Origin: the human T2T-CHM13v2.0 reference genome, Homo sapiens
NCBI RefSeq assembly: GCF_009914755.1
Contig: NC_060936.1
Reading direction: 5' to 3' (one strand)
Length of the DNA stretch: 64,000 nucleotides
Program-made: the position numbers and the translations under genes
Notes under the pieces: model-generated
What the model saw: the letters and a program-made list of their open reading frames with translations, nothing else
Told to the model about the DNA's origin: nothing
Databases searched by the model: none
Shown here: positions 15,565-29,574 of the stretch, in pieces
How positions within the stretch are numbered: position 1 is the first letter of the stretch
How the letters are laid out: every line of letters begins with the position of its first letter

Positions 15565-16150
15565 TTTTATTTAAAAAATTCAACTTTTATTTTAGATTTA
15601 GAGGGTATATGTGCAGGTTTGTTACATAGATATATTATGTGATACTGAGGTTTGGGATACGATTAAACCTGTCACCCAGGTACTGAGCACAGTACCCAAT
15701 AGGTAATTTTTCAACTCTTTCCTCCTTCCTCCCTCCCTTCTCTCGTAGTCCCCAGTTACCATCGTTCCCATCCTTGTCTCCATGTGTACCCAATGTTAGC
15801 TCCTCAGTTATAAGTGAGAACATGGGGTATCTGGTTTTCTTTTCCTTCATTAATTTGCTTAGGATAATGGCTTCCAGCTGCATCCATGTTGCTGTAAAGG
15901 ACATACTTTCATTCTTTTTTATGGCTGTGTAGCATTCCATGGTACATATGTACCACATTTTCTTTATCCAATCCATGATTGATGGGCACTTGTGTTGGTT
16001 CCACATCTCTGCTATTGTGAATAGTGCTGTGACGAACATATGAATGTATGTGTCTTTTTGGTAAAACAATTTATTTTCTCTTGGGTATATACCCAGAAAT
16101 GCGATTGCTGGGTTGAATGGTAGTTCTATTTTTAGTCCTTTGTGAAATCT
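15565..16150 (-). mobile_element. L1PA15/16- or L1PB-like 3' fragment
   Basis: gtgcaggtttgttacatagatatattatgtgatactgaggtttgg; ORF 15635-16216 gives the ORF2 C-terminal relic (ELPFNPAIAFLGIYPRE...WIKKMWYI). Confidence 0.9.
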
Positions 16151-16207
16151 AGTCCTTTGAGTTAATTTGAACCTTATAATGATAGAAGTTGAAAAGGAGA
16201 GAATGAG

Positions 16208-16385
16208 AACTAACATTCATTAACATTTTACTATTTATCATCTTAATTTTCATCTTAACTCTTTGAGGTGGGAGGTATTTGTATAGAGTAAACTGTGTCT
16301 CAGAGAAATTATAGTATTTTCCCAAAATCACACAGTTGGTAAGTGTCAAGTCTGGAATTTAAACCCAGGCCTACCTTGTTCAGAA
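16208..16385 (-). mobile_element. MIR SINE
   Basis: aaactgtgtctcagagaaatt...cccaaaatcacacagttggtaagtg core. Confidence 0.7.
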
Positions 16386-16501
16386 GTAACCCTGACTATA
16401 TGAATTGTTAAACACTTCTCTCTCTTCCAAGATTTTTGTACCTTCCTTCTTTCTTTATTGACTTTTCAATCATTATGTGATACTCATAGAATGCTAAATT
16501 A

Positions 16502-16868
16502 GTATCTTAGCCCATTCGAGCTGCTATAACAAAACAACACAAACTGGGTGGCTTATAAACAACAGAAATTTATTTCTTACTGTTCTGGAGGCCGAGCTGT
16601 CCAAGGTCAAACTGCCAGCAGATTTGGTGTCTGGTTGTCTGGTGAGGACCCACACTCTCTTTCATAAATGGCACCTTCTAGATGCGTTCTCACATGGAGG
16701 ATGGGAAGAACCCTGGTATCTGCAGCCCCTATAAGGGCACTAATTCCATTATGAGGACCCCACTCTCATGATCTAATCACTTCCCAAAGGCCCCACCAAC
16801 TAGTGCCATCACACTGAAGATTAGGTTTCAACACAGGAGTTTTTGGGAAGCACAAATATTCAAAGCAG
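16502..16868 (-). mobile_element. MLT1A-type MaLR LTR
   Basis: gctgctataacaaaa...ctgggtggcttataaacaacagaaatttatttct...atctaatcacttcccaaaggcccc. Confidence 0.85.
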
Positions 16869-17104
16869 TTAGATGAAGTGATTTACCTGAAAGAAATAAT
16901 AAAGAAGAGAAGCTGACCACTTATTCCTATCATCTCAAAAACAAAATGACATGCTTTTTATTTTGAAGTGAAAGAATTGGATGGATCAAACTAGATTGGC
17001 ATCTGAACGTGTTTCCCTCAAATGGCCCAGTGTCGGGGGGAGGGACATTAATTTCTTTAATGAACATTGACTTAACTTCAATCATGAAGAGGTACGTAGA
17101 GTCA

Positions 17105-17320
17105 TAGCAATAACTATGATGTATTGAGTACCTCCCATGTGCCATATGCTTAGGTATACCTCATCTATAGCATGCACGTTATATACCTTATCTTCAATCA
17201 GCTGAACACCTCTGGGGAGTAGATATTATTATTTTCATTGTACAGATTTGGAAACTGAGCCTCAGAGAAATAAAGTAACTTGCCTTAGGAAGTTTCAGAT
17301 CCAGAATTTGAACGCCTTTA
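17105..17320 (-). mobile_element. MIR SINE
   Basis: gaaactgagcctcagagaaataaagtaacttgcc core. Confidence 0.75.
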
Positions 17321-18186
17321 GGAACTGCCATAAAGATTTTTTTTTCTACATACATTGCTTAAGGTATGAAGCCTGGAACACAGAAGGAATTTAATAAATG
17401 CTGTTTGCTTTTTCCAGATTAGCAATAATATAGTGAGCTTCCGGGAAAGAGTTGCAAAGTAATATAATGAGGCTTCTTTGTGTCTTGCCAGGGAATGTGA
17501 ATAGTACCTCCAAATTGGCCCCTTGGAAAACCTCAAGTTCTGAGTTGCTATAGCTTCCAAGTGTCAGGTAAGAGTCGTGTCAGTCTCAATTGCAGGCTCT
17601 ACTCTGTTATTTGCTCTAAATATTTTCTGGTTGCAAATGTTATTGATTTGACAGTTTATTTCCTGAGACACACTAGTTCCAAACTGCTGTGATATGAAAG
17701 TCTCATCCTAAGGAAATTGGCCTTGTGAATGGTTATCCCCTGGGAAGAGTATGCTGTACTTATGGCTGTGCTAATAGGATAAAGAAGTAAATGCAATTAG
17801 CGAGCTTGGTTGGTGATTTTCCAGTAATGATGTTAGGGGTATATTATTGTTTTAGCTGTAATTGAGCTTAAGATGATCTGGAAATGTCTAAACTGGTGTG
17901 AAAGTCATTCGCAGCTTTGGCTCCAGTATGGATGTTCATGAACCAGGTGGCCTGATAACATCTGGATGTGCTGAAACGGGGGGGTTATGTTCCAGGATGG
18001 CAGTGGTGTGTCCCTGAAATACTATTTAATTTTGCTCTATCACCAGTAAGGTGATTACTTCTTCGCAATCTTCTATCCTCTCCCAAATCTCATCCCCATC
18101 ATTATAATTGAGAGCTTACTACATATTGTCTAGCTCTCTGGTTCTCAGGCAAGTATAATTTATCTGATGCACATTAAAGTCATCTT

Positions 18187-19990
18187 TATTAGTCAGGATA
18201 ATTAATGCTAGCTGCCACAAAAAAGACCTGAAATCTCAGTGGCGGAACAGCACAAAAGTTTATTTTTTGCTCACATAAAGTCTGATGGAGATCGGCAAGG
18301 CCTCTCCTCCATCTGGTGACTCAGGGATCCAGATTCCTTCCATCCTGTTCCACCTTGGGAGATAATTCTCTCTGGATTTCTTGTGTTCTTGTATGGTCCA
18401 GGCTTTCCCAGCTAAGGGTATTGACAAGTTTTGTTCAGGGATGAATGAACAACAAACAGAAGATAGGGACCCTCTTCTTCCTTGGAGATATTCCAGATAA
18501 TAAAGTCCCTTCCTCTTCCAGGAGGATATTTGCTTACATTCTAGGGTAATAAGCCTAGAGACTTCTTCCCTATGCCCCAGAGATATTTGCTTATTTTAGA
18601 GGGTAAGAAGTCATATGTCTCCATAAGGGAGGATAGGCAGGTCACCTCCAGCTTGACTGAAGCTCACAGGCTCCTAAGTTTAGCGTCCTGTGGTGCAGGT
18701 GAACATCATGTTGCCCAAGAAGATTGGGGCATGGAAAGTTGGTGCTCTCACTGTTTTTTCTGTTGTGATTAATAAATGGCCTGTGTCCTTAACCTAGGGA
18801 TCGGTTGTCATCTTTAGTCAGTGTGTGTGTGTGTGTGTGTGTGTGGTGTAGGGGTGTGTGTATGTGGTACACATGTGTGCAGTGTGCGGTATATTTGTGT
18901 ATGTGTGTGTTGTATGTGGTGTGTATGTTTTTGGTGTGTGTGTGGTGTTTGTGTAGGTTTGGGGTGTGTGTAGTATGTATGTGTTTGGTTTGTGTGTGTG
19001 ATGTTTGTGTATGTTCAGTGTGTGATATGTATGTGTGTCTGTGTGGTGTGTATGTGTATATGGTGTGTGGTAGATGAGATGTATGTGTGTTTGGTTTGTG
19101 TGTATGTGTGATGTTTATGTATGTTTGGTATGTGTGGTGTGTACGTATGTGATGTGTGTGTTTGGTTTGTGTGTGTGTGATGTGTGTGTGTGTGTTCAGT
19201 ATCGTGTGTGTGGTCTGTGTGATGTGTATGTGTGCATGGTGTGTGTTGTGGATGAGTGTGTGTGGTTTGTGTGTACAGGTGATGTTTATATATGTCTGGT
19301 ATGGTTGTAAGTGTTTGTGGTGTGTGTTTGATTTGTGTGTGTATGATGTCTGTGTGTGTTTAGTGTGTGGTATGTATGTGTGTGTATGTATGTGATGTGT
19401 GTGTAGTGTGTATGATATGGATGTGTGCTTGGTTTGTGAATACATGTGATGTTTATGTATGTTTGGTATGGTTGTGTGTGTGTGGTGTGTGTGTTTGGTT
19501 TGTGTGTGTGGTTTGTGTATGTGTGATGTTTGTGTGTGTTTAGTGTGTGGTACATATGTGTGTATGTATGTGGTGTGTGTGATATGGGTGTTTGTTTTTT
19601 TTGTGTGTGAGATGTTTGTGTATGTTTAGTATGTGGTGTGTATGTTTGTGTATGGTTAGTATGTGGTGGGTGTGTGGTGTTTGTGGTGTGTATGATATGT
19701 GTGTATGTGATATTTGTGTATGTATATTTGGTGTGTGGTGTATGTGTGTGTAAACTTTAGTGGGCTAATTTGGTAGCTTGCAGTAGGGTAAAATCTTAGG
19801 CCCTTCACAGTTTCAGACATAACAACAGTTTCCAGGTTGGCATGGCAGAGGAAGAAAGGGTGGGAGAGACTCTCTGATCCTCAGGAAGCCTGGATTAGAG
19901 GTGATGCATCCTTACAGCCCGCATTCCCATTTGCCAGAACCTAGTCACATGGCCCCCACCAGCAAGGGAGGCTGGGAAATACAGAGGGGC
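18187..19990 (-). mobile_element. Old MLT1-type LTR split by a second ERVL-type LTR (LTR50-like, about 18360-19818) that itself contains the TG array
   Basis: MLT1-like pieces at 18187-18360 and 19820-19990; inner element has AATAAA near 18771 and ends gtagggtaaaatcttaggcccttcacagtttcagaca. Confidence 0.5.
18821..19751 (+). repeat. Degenerate (TG)n/(TGTA/TGG)n array, about 930 bp
   Basis: Directly visible; explains the His/Thr- and Cys/Val-rich ORFs here. Confidence 0.98.
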
Positions 19991-20184
19991 ACGTGGGTAT
20001 CTGTACCAATCATCCCCACCACATCACCTAACCTCGTGTCTTTTTTAGTAACTGTGCCACTTTGTGATAGAGGAGCAGCTTAAGTCAAGGTAACACAAAT
20101 CTGGTTGATAATAGTAAGAATAAGAACTCACAGTTGTGTGTTGTTTACCTTTCCACTGTAAATTAATGAACAAAAGCTTTATAA

Positions 20185-20559
<375 letters not shown>

Positions 20560-20887
20560 GAGGATTGTTCTTATCACATTCTTACCACCGTTTTACAGAG
20601 GAAGAAGTGTCTGGAGAGATCAAGTGACTTGCTCAGGCAGCTCGGAAGTGGCAGAGAAAGGATTAGAACTCAGGATTGGCTCTGGGTTTTCTGATGTTGT
20701 ATTACCTCTGGTAGGTAAGTGCCATGTAAATGTTAGACACCAGCTTATGCAATCTTTGTCCAGTTTTACCCCTTTCTGACATAGCACATTATATGCCTAG
20801 GGTGAGGATATGGGGAAATGGGATTGGTGGGAGGGAGAATAGGCAGTTGGATGTGGTGAGGTGAAGTGCAGGGGATGCTCTTTAGAC

Positions 20888-21091
20888 CAGTATTTCTCAA
20901 CTGGGGGTGAGGACATTTGGCAGTGTCTGGGGGCATTTTTGGTTGCCACAGCTGGGATTGAGGGTGCTACTGGCGTTCAGTGGATAGAGACCAGAGGTGC
21001 TGCTAAAATCCTACAATGAACAGGGCAGTTGCCACCACAAAGAATTATCTATCCCCCAAAATATCAATAGCACTGAGGTCGAGAAACATTG
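20888..21091 (+). mobile_element. MER20 hAT-Charlie DNA transposon
   Basis: TIRs cagtatttctcaac ... gtcgagaaacattg; ggacatttggcagtgtctgg internal motif. Confidence 0.85.
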
Positions 21092-21557
21092 GTCAAGAAA
21101 TACAGATTTAACTCACCTAAGGACTGTTCATAAATGACATTTCATCATAATGGCTCGTGGAAAGTTATGCTCCTTTCCAGAGAATGACTCTTCTTTCTTT
21201 GAGTCAATAGAATGACACCTTCATCCCCAAACACCAAATAAATATGGCATAAGAAGTAATATTTTGACAGTACAATTTTAGGCAAAGACATGCTCACTGA
21301 TGTACACGGGAACAGTTTCTAGTCAGAGAATATTATTATATGTGGAACAAATTTGAAATGTACGCATGTTTAGATGAATCCAAAACGTTTTGGTTTGCAT
21401 ACATGGGACAAATGAGAGACAGGAAGAGGTCACATCTTCTGCAACTCATTTAGACCACTGGGTGCATGTGCTATTTCTATGTGCTGTGGAGTGGAGTGCT
21501 CTCCTTTACTTAGCCCTGAAGGTGTTTTTTTATTTGTTTATATTTATTTATTTAGGC

Positions 21558-21734
21558 CAGGGATTGGCTCTCTTCTGTAAAGGGCCAGATAGTAAATGTT
21601 ACAGGTTTTGCAGGCCATACTATTTCTTTGCAATTACTCAGCTCTGCTGTTGTAGTGCAAAGGCAGCCATGGACAATACGTAAATGTCTGGGCAGCTCAT
21701 ATTTGGCCCAGGAGCTGTAGTTTGCCAACCTCTA
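21558..21734 (+). mobile_element. MER58A hAT-Charlie DNA transposon
   Basis: ttctgtaaagggccagatagtaaat ... gtagtttgccaacctct. Confidence 0.85.
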
Positions 21735-22439
21735 TTCCAAAACTTTTAATTTTTATATGCAGCTTGAGCATAGGATAAGCATCGACTCCCAAAATGTTGG
21801 AACGTTTGTAAAGAAAATAATGCAGAAATAAGAATGCACCTTGTAAAGAATGACTCCCTTGCAGTCTTTCCCATCAGTATCCACCCGCCATCAAGTCTTC
21901 TCTTCCTCCTTTGATGACTACGTAAACTCTCATTGCATTACACTTGATGAGCAAACTGCATTTATTTACTCTCCGATTGTTATTACTTACATAAACTCAT
22001 TCTCATTGTTCAATGGATACATTTTTCTATCTGTGAGGATTATTTGAGTGTCTTGAGTTGGAAGGGAGAGCATCATAATTTATTCCCTAAAAATGTTTAA
22101 AAAAGATATGTTTTCATTTAACAGCTTTTCACTTGGGCTCGTGAAAAGTCCACAGCTCAGCAAGCATATGGCAGGCTTTCATTTTCAGGAAGAATGAAAG
22201 TTGTTAAGTGAGGGAGAGGTGCACAGGATAAAGCCATGTGCCACCTCCTCCTCTGGTTCTGAGACTCCTCTGCTATCACCAGGCAGAGCAATCTCTCCTT
22301 GTCCAGAGTTGTTACTTCCTTTGATAATCCAAGTAGGGCAAGGCCAGCTTCTTCTCACTTCGTGCTCTTATCCAACGTCATGAACATACATCCTTCCCCT
22401 TTTACAAGGGGCTGCAATTCCAGATTGCAAGAGAGAATT

Positions 22440-22636
22440 TTTTTTTAAATTTTAAGTTCTGAGGTACATGTGCAGGGTGTGCAGTTTTGTTACATAGGTA
22501 AACGTGTGCCATGGTGGTTTGCTGCACCTATCAACCCATCACATAGGTATTAAGCCCAGCATGCATTAGCTATTTTTCCTAATGCTCTCCCTCCCCCTAC
22601 CCCACCCCACCCCACCCCATGACAGGCCCCAGTGTG
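22440..22636 (-). mobile_element. Severely 5'-truncated L1PA (PA8-10-like)
   Basis: L1PA 3'UTR; TSD tgcaa(g/c)agagaatt at 22426-22439 and 22637-22650. Confidence 0.9.
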
Positions 22637-23643
22637 TGCAACAGAGAATTATAATGCAATTTATGGGTAAAGAAAGGACCAGTTATGGGTTAGCTAATGG
22701 TTAGGTCATACACTTGAAAGTTTCCTCTCTAAGTTATTAGACCTCATTAAAATTCATACTCAGCTACTATATGATTATCAGTATAACTCTTCAACAATGA
22801 GTATACTGGGAATTTGCAAGTATAATACTATGGCAAATTCATTATTTAAGGGATGTTTATGTTGAATCATAAATGCAAAAGATTTTTTAATAAGCCCATT
22901 TAAGTCCACAAATATTTTTTGAATGCCCAATTTGTGCTAGGCACTGGAAATCCATTGCATCTGAACAAAGACACTGTTACTACCTCCAAGAAGCCTACGG
23001 TTTAGTGAAGAATTCCTTGCTTTAATTACAGTGTAGAGTAAAAAAATCCTTATATTAGAATAGGTTAAAGGCAGACATATTTGTTCTTAAATCTATCCCG
23101 ATTCCTCTATTATATGCTCATATTTACCCATCTAATTTGTTTTGTAAATATTCCTTTCATGTTCCAGCTCTGGTTTTTGATCTTCTCCTTTCCTTCCTAT
23201 TTCCTTGGGATCTACAAGTTCCTTAATAATCAAATAGGGGCTATGTTAGTTAAAGCTTTTTTTAGTTGCAAGTGACAGAAACCCAACTCAACCTGGCTCA
23301 AGCCACAAAAAGGGATATTTAGTGGCTTACACAAGTGAACTGTCAAAGGGGGTAGGGCTTTTTTCAGGCTCAACTGGATCCAGGGGCTCAGATAATGACA
23401 TCAAGACTCAATCTCTGTCTTTTCATTTCTCTATATGTTATATATATATTTTTTCCTGTTTTAGCTTTTTCAACATGGTAACCCCATGCAGCTTTATTTT
23501 ACATTGTCTTCACAACACCCAATCGTACAGATGAAGAAGTTCTCTGTACTGAAGTGTGTGGTTTTTGTTTGTTAAAGTTTAGATTGAATCAATCACCTTG
23601 ACTAAGGGGAGGAAAATATTTTGGCCAGATCTGGTTCACAGAT

Positions 23644-24306
23644 GGTCATGGGCTGAATTGTGTCCCCTCAAAATTTATATGTTGAAGCTTAACCCCTAAT
23701 ACTTCAGAATGTGACTGTATTTGGAGATGGGGTCTTTAAAGAGGGATTAAGGTTAAAACAAAGTCACTAGAGTGGGCCCTAATCCATTATGACTGTTGTT
23801 ATTAGAAGAGGTGATTAGAACACAGACAAGTATAGAAGAAAAACCTAGTGAAAACACAAGAAGAAGGCGGCCGTCTGCAAGCCAAAGAGAGAAGCCTCAG
23901 CCTCAGAGGAAGCCAACCCTGCTGACACCTTGATCTCCAACTTCCAGGCTCCAGCACTATGAGAAAATAAATTTCTTTACTTTGGGAGGCTGAGGTGGGT
24001 GGATCACTTGAGGCCAGGAGTTCTAGACCAGCCCAGTCAACATGGTGAAACCCTTTCTCTATTAAAAATACAAAGATTAGTCGGGTGTGGTGATGCACCC
24101 CTGTAATCCCAGCTACTTAGGAGGCTGAGGCACAAGAATCACTTGAACCTGAGAGATGGAGGTTGTAGTGAGCCGAGATTGTGCCACTGCACTTCAGCCT
24201 GGGCGACAGAGCAAGACTCTGTCTTGAAAAAAAAAAATTACATTTCAGCTGTTTAAACCACCCAATCTGTGTTACCTTGTTATGGCAGCCTTAGCAATCT
24301 AATACA
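23644..24306 (+). mobile_element. MLT1B-type MaLR LTR interrupted by an Alu
   Basis: atgggctgaattgtgtcccc ... cagaatgtgactgtatttggaga ... gttatggcagccttagcaatctaataca. Confidence 0.85.
23979..24237 (+). mobile_element. 5'-truncated AluS inserted at the MLT1B polyA-signal region
   Basis: Starts at actttgggaggctgagg right after aaaataaatttct; ends with A tail. Confidence 0.9.
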
Positions 24307-24477
24307 CAGGTCCTGCTCTGGAACTGACGGTGGTTTTATTTAGGTCCCACTTGAACTAGTCTATGAGTAGAAGGGGAGTGGTTCCCTAAAGGAAAACCAA
24401 GAGACTCTTACCATAAGGAAGAATAATGGGTGCTGGTAGAAAAAAAATGACAGTGTCCACCGCTGGGTTAGAGTCAT

Positions 24478-24700
24478 AATAATTATCGAACACCCATTAT
24501 CTGTTGGGCTTGAAAGCACCTTATACTTAATACAACAACCCCATGAGGGCGATACTATTATTTTCCACACTTAATAGGTGTGAAAACTGAGGCACACACA
24601 GGTTAAGCGACTTACCAAAGGTCAGGCGGTCAGTAAGTAGCAGAGCCAAGATTGACATCCACACCTGTCTGGCTCTAGAACCTCCTCTTTTTATTGCTAT
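24478..24700 (-). mobile_element. MIR SINE
   Basis: gaaaactgaggcacacacaggttaagcgacttaccaaaggtca core. Confidence 0.8.
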
Positions 24701-25707
24701 ACTCTTGAGAGCCAATGATGGTTAGCTTTGGATCCTATAGCTCTTTTTTCCCCAAGATTGAAAAAGCTCTGGCATGAGGCATGGGAAGGATGTGTTTCAT
24801 GTTAATTAAGGAAAATTCACAGTCTGCAGAATTCACAAGTTTGTTTTGGAGCTGTGTCTGATCTAAGCAAGCCTTTGACTGATTTGAGTTAATTAGCATT
24901 GCAGAACATGAAGTAATTGCTGTTGTTCCTCAAAATTGGGGGTGGGGAGATACTCAGTGACTTGTAACCACGCCAGCCCTGATTCCTAAGTCTAAGGCTC
25001 AGAACTTCAAATCCTCTGCTAGGAGATGAGTTGGAGAAATTCATCAATTACTCTGTCTCTTGTGTGTTTACTATGTTTTCTGTCACACGATTACCAAGGC
25101 AAACCTCCTACCTTCCTGAATCAGTGGGCTAAAGTCTACAACTGAGTAGAGGACCTGTCCTGAATTTTATAAACAGGATTTCCAGTTGGAAGCATGTAAG
25201 CTTGGGAAACAAATTCAGAAAATATCAGACCCATACATGGTCATCATAACTTTTCCAAGTGGGTCTGATATTTATTTTGAAATCATCTTGTGACCCTATT
25301 TGTAAATCCTGATTGTTTTTGGCAGGATTTGTTGGTTGCAAGAAAGCACAATCTATGCAAGCTCGTTCAAAAACAAAATTTAAGGGGCTCTTGTTATTGA
25401 GTACTTATCATCTGAGTCCTTGTAGCTGTGAAGTTGTGTAGAGAAGCGAAAGTTGTTGACTAGGAGTGGTGGCTCATGCCTGGAATCCTGCTACCAGAAA
25501 TGGGTCTAGATCCAGACCCTAACAGAGGGTTCTTGGCTCTCATGCAAGGAAGAATTGGGGGGGAGTCCACAGAGTAAAGTAAAAACAAGTTTATTAAGCA
25601 ATAAAGAAATAAAAGAATAGCTTCTTCCTAGGCCGAGCAGCCCCGAGGGCTGCTGGTGGCTATTTTTATGGTCATATGCTAAACAAGGAGTGGATTATTC
25701 ATGAGTT

Positions 25708-25737
25708 TTCTAGGAAAGGGGCAGGGATTTCCTGGAA
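25708..25737. promoter_or_regulatory. Tandem GAS (STAT) motifs in MER41
   Basis: TTCTAGGAA (25708-25716) and TTCCTGGAA (25729-25737), both TTCN3GAA, at the positions of the MER41B tandem STAT1 sites; motif match only, activity not shown. Confidence 0.6.
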
Positions 25738-25741
25738 ATGA

Positions 25742-26011
<270 letters not shown>

Positions 26012-26610
26012 TAACTTCTAGATGTTGCCTTTGTAACTTGTAGATGTAATGCATTTGTAAACTATCATGGTGCTGGTAGGAGTGTCTTTTAGCATGCTAA
26101 TGTATTATAATTGGTGTATAATGAGTGGTGAAGATGACCAGAGGTCATTTTTGTTAGTATCTTGGTTTTGGCCAGGTTACTTCTTTACTGCATCCTGTTT
26201 TATCACCAGGGTCTTTGTGACCTGTATCTTGTGATACCATTCCTGCTGACCACCTATCTCATCCTGTAACTAAGAATGCCTAACCTCCTGGGAATGCAGC
26301 CCAGCAGATCTCAGCGTCATTTAGTTCGAATGCCTCTGACAATCCCAGTACTTTGAGAGGCCGAGGAGGGAGGATTGCTTGAGGCCAGGAGTTCCAGACA
26401 AGCCTGGGCAACATAGAATGACCTCATCTTTAAAAATAAAAAAGAAACATCAGTCAGGCATGCTGGCATGTGCCTGTAGTTCCTGCTACTTGGGAGGCTG
26501 AGGGAAGAGGATTATTTGAGCCCAGGAGTTCGAGGCTACAGTGAGCTCTGATCATGCCACTCCACTCCAGCCTGAATGATGGAGCGAGACCCTTTCTTAA
26601 AAAAAAATAA

Positions 26611-26915
<305 letters not shown>

Positions 26916-27018
26916 AAAGTTGTTATATAATGTTTTTCAATAATTACACAATTTGAACTATGAAAAATTTTAATAATTAAATGACCCTCCCTACTTAACA
27001 TTAGTATGAAGGCTTTTC

Positions 27019-27268
27019 CTTTTTTTTTTTAAATTTTACTTTAAGTTCTGAGATACATGTGCAGAACGTGCAGGTTTGTTACCTAGATATACATGTGCCA
27101 TGGTGGTTTGCTGTACCTATTGACCTGTTCCCTCCCCTCACCCCCCACCCGCTGACAGGCCCCCATGTGTGTTGCTCCCCTCCCTGTGTCCATGTCTTTG
27201 CATTGTTCAACTCCCACTTATGAGTGAGAACATGTGGTGTTCAGTTTTCTGTTCCTGTGTTACTTTGC
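27019..27268 (-). mobile_element. 5'-truncated L1PA (PA7/8-like)
   Basis: L1PA 3'UTR; 17-bp TSD tag(t/c)atgaag(g/c)cttttc at 27002-27018 and 27269-27285. Confidence 0.9.
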
Positions 27269-27439
27269 TAGCATGAAGCCTTTTCTACTAAATCAATTTC
27301 CTCGTGACTCCATCTCTCAAAGGCCCCCCCAAATTTTGAATGCCCGTCACATGTCCTTGCATGGATTGCTGTTTCTTACAACCAATGGGTCCTGTCAAAG
27401 AGAATCAGTCTCTTACTAACTGTCTGACCCTCTGGTGCA

Positions 27440-28060
27440 TGTACAATATAAGCCAACTGCAAATGTGTAATTGAAAATCTTGTCCAAGATGTAGGATTCC
27501 ATGAAGCTGATGAAAGTGATGTTAAAACATGCTTAAAAAACAGACACAATCACAGATGACCCCTGAGAATCCAGCAGCATTGGAAGAATCAGTGCTGATA
27601 TTCAGCCTGAATCTGCACGTTCAGCCATGTAGGTTGTCGTGGTGACTGTTCTGAGAATTGTTCAGTGCCTGTATCATACTGGTTATTCAATATTTTGAAT
27701 ACTATCCCAAGAAGAGTTAACAGTTGAAGAAAAAAAAATGACAAGGAAAATGACTCAGTGAACACTTCAAAAGAGAAATATATAAATATCAAAAGATTCA
27801 AGACAGCCTTAGGAAAAATTGGTAAAGCCCTTTAATATTTTTTTTAAATGACCTTTTTGTTATATGCTATGGAAGCCAAACCTGAAGTGAAGGATTTTGT
27901 CAGAAAAATTACAACAACAAAAAAAATCACTGCTTAATTCATTTTCTGTTCCTTAAAGAATTCATGCACAGTTGAAATGGTCACCTAGATTTTGTTATTT
28001 TGATAGGATATAGTTTTATTTTTTTAAGATCACATTTCCAATCAAGTCCCTTCTCTCTTC
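27440..28060 (+). mobile_element. Possible TcMar-Tigger relic
   Basis: A-rich degenerate transposase-like tract (ggaaaaattggtaaagccctttaatattttt...gaagtgaaggat). Confidence 0.35.
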
Positions 28061-29574
28061 TACAGTTTGCTATGAAAATTTGGGCTCAGTATTGAGTCAT
28101 TTTATTTAAAAACTTTTTTTTTTAATTAAAAACTTTTTTTTCTTCCATGGATCAGGTGTTCCATTTTAAAGAGCCACTTTAAATGTCTTTCTTCCAGCAG
28201 GGGCTGCAGAGTCTTCCCCTTCTGCTTTTTGTCTTGCTGGCTCCATTTCTCTGCCTCCCTCTTCACATTTATGCTCTCTGCTCACTCATGAGCCATAATG
28301 ATGACTGGTCCCTCCCTAGCCATAGGTTATTGGATTGGGGGTGGGCCATGACCCAAGAGCATCTATTCCACAGGCTGGCCAAGGACTAGACTTGATAAAA
28401 ACGACATGAGACTGAACCAATCAGACTCATTCTCAAGACTCTCTAAAGAACATGGTCAGAGTTAGCTAGATACCACGATGACCCTGATAGTAAAATGACA
28501 CAACAATGCTCTTGTCATTTTGGGTCAAGAGCAAGCTTCAGGAGCAAAACTGAGTAACCCAGCAGAACCAAGATGTTAATCAGGCCCTAGAGTTCTCACC
28601 CAATGCTCTTCTTCTGTGTCATATGTGTTGGGTACTCTTCTCCTGGTGACAATATTGCAAATTTTCTCCATCCATGTAATATGGTAGAACCGATCTTATC
28701 CTTAGATTAGGGTCATCATGTGACCTAGTCCTGGACAATCAGCTCATTATGTGCCCTTAGCCATAATGATTAGTTATGAAATGAGCATGTTGCCTAACTT
28801 AAGCCCGTAACAGTCAGATGAAGGACTTTTGTTTAAATTTGTTAGAGAAAGAGAACCTAGGAGGATGTACATCTGAAACTACTAGCAGTCATTTGTTAAG
28901 AAATAAAGCAACTTGGAGGACATCAGGACCAAGAGGTAGGTGGAAAATAAATCCTGTTGGATCAAACTATGTCTGAAAACAGCTACTGCCACAGACTTCT
29001 AGCCAACATTTCTCTCTTTGCCTAAGCTGGTTTGAATTGGGCTTTATGTTGCTTGTTACGAAAAGAGCCACAACCAACACAACATGCTTATTTGATTATG
29101 ATAATAATAATAATAATCCCTTTTAACCATTCCAAGATATGTTTTTAGCCATATTTCCCTCTGATTCTCTTAACAACATTGTGATGCAGACAGGGCAAGG
29201 GTTATCATCTTGATGAAGATTACTGCCAGATGTAGGGAGCTACAGTGATGCTTTCTCAAGCACTTGGAAAACACAAGGAGTAAAGATTGCCATCTGAGGG
29301 TTAAACCATGAAGTTAATATAGATCAGAGCAGAGTAATGCAAAGACACCTTAAAGAGACAGGATGGCTCCCAGGCTTGCAAGACTTGGCTGTCATGCAGT
29401 CAAATGTATTAACATATTTAAAGAGATACTGTGTCCACCATGGAAGCCCAGAGAACAGAGAGTTGCAAGGCAGCTTGTCCAATAGAGGAGTCTCAGTCTT
29501 TGAATATTTCTTGTTCCAGTGGCAAGACTAGATCTAGAGACATGCTTTCAGCTACAAGTCATATAAAAGCAGAT

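Noticed and set aside
15635-16216. 193-aa ORF with L1 ORF2 C-terminal similarity
   Set aside because: Short 3' L1 fragment with the start codon outside the element; no endonuclease or RT domain
18789-19555. His/Thr-rich and Cys/Val-rich ORFs resembling metal-binding proteins
   Set aside because: Translations of the TG/CA array; the same artefact occurs at 49052-50041
22591-22619. (CCCCA)n G-quadruplex motif
   Set aside because: Ordinary polypurine tract of the L1PA 3'UTR
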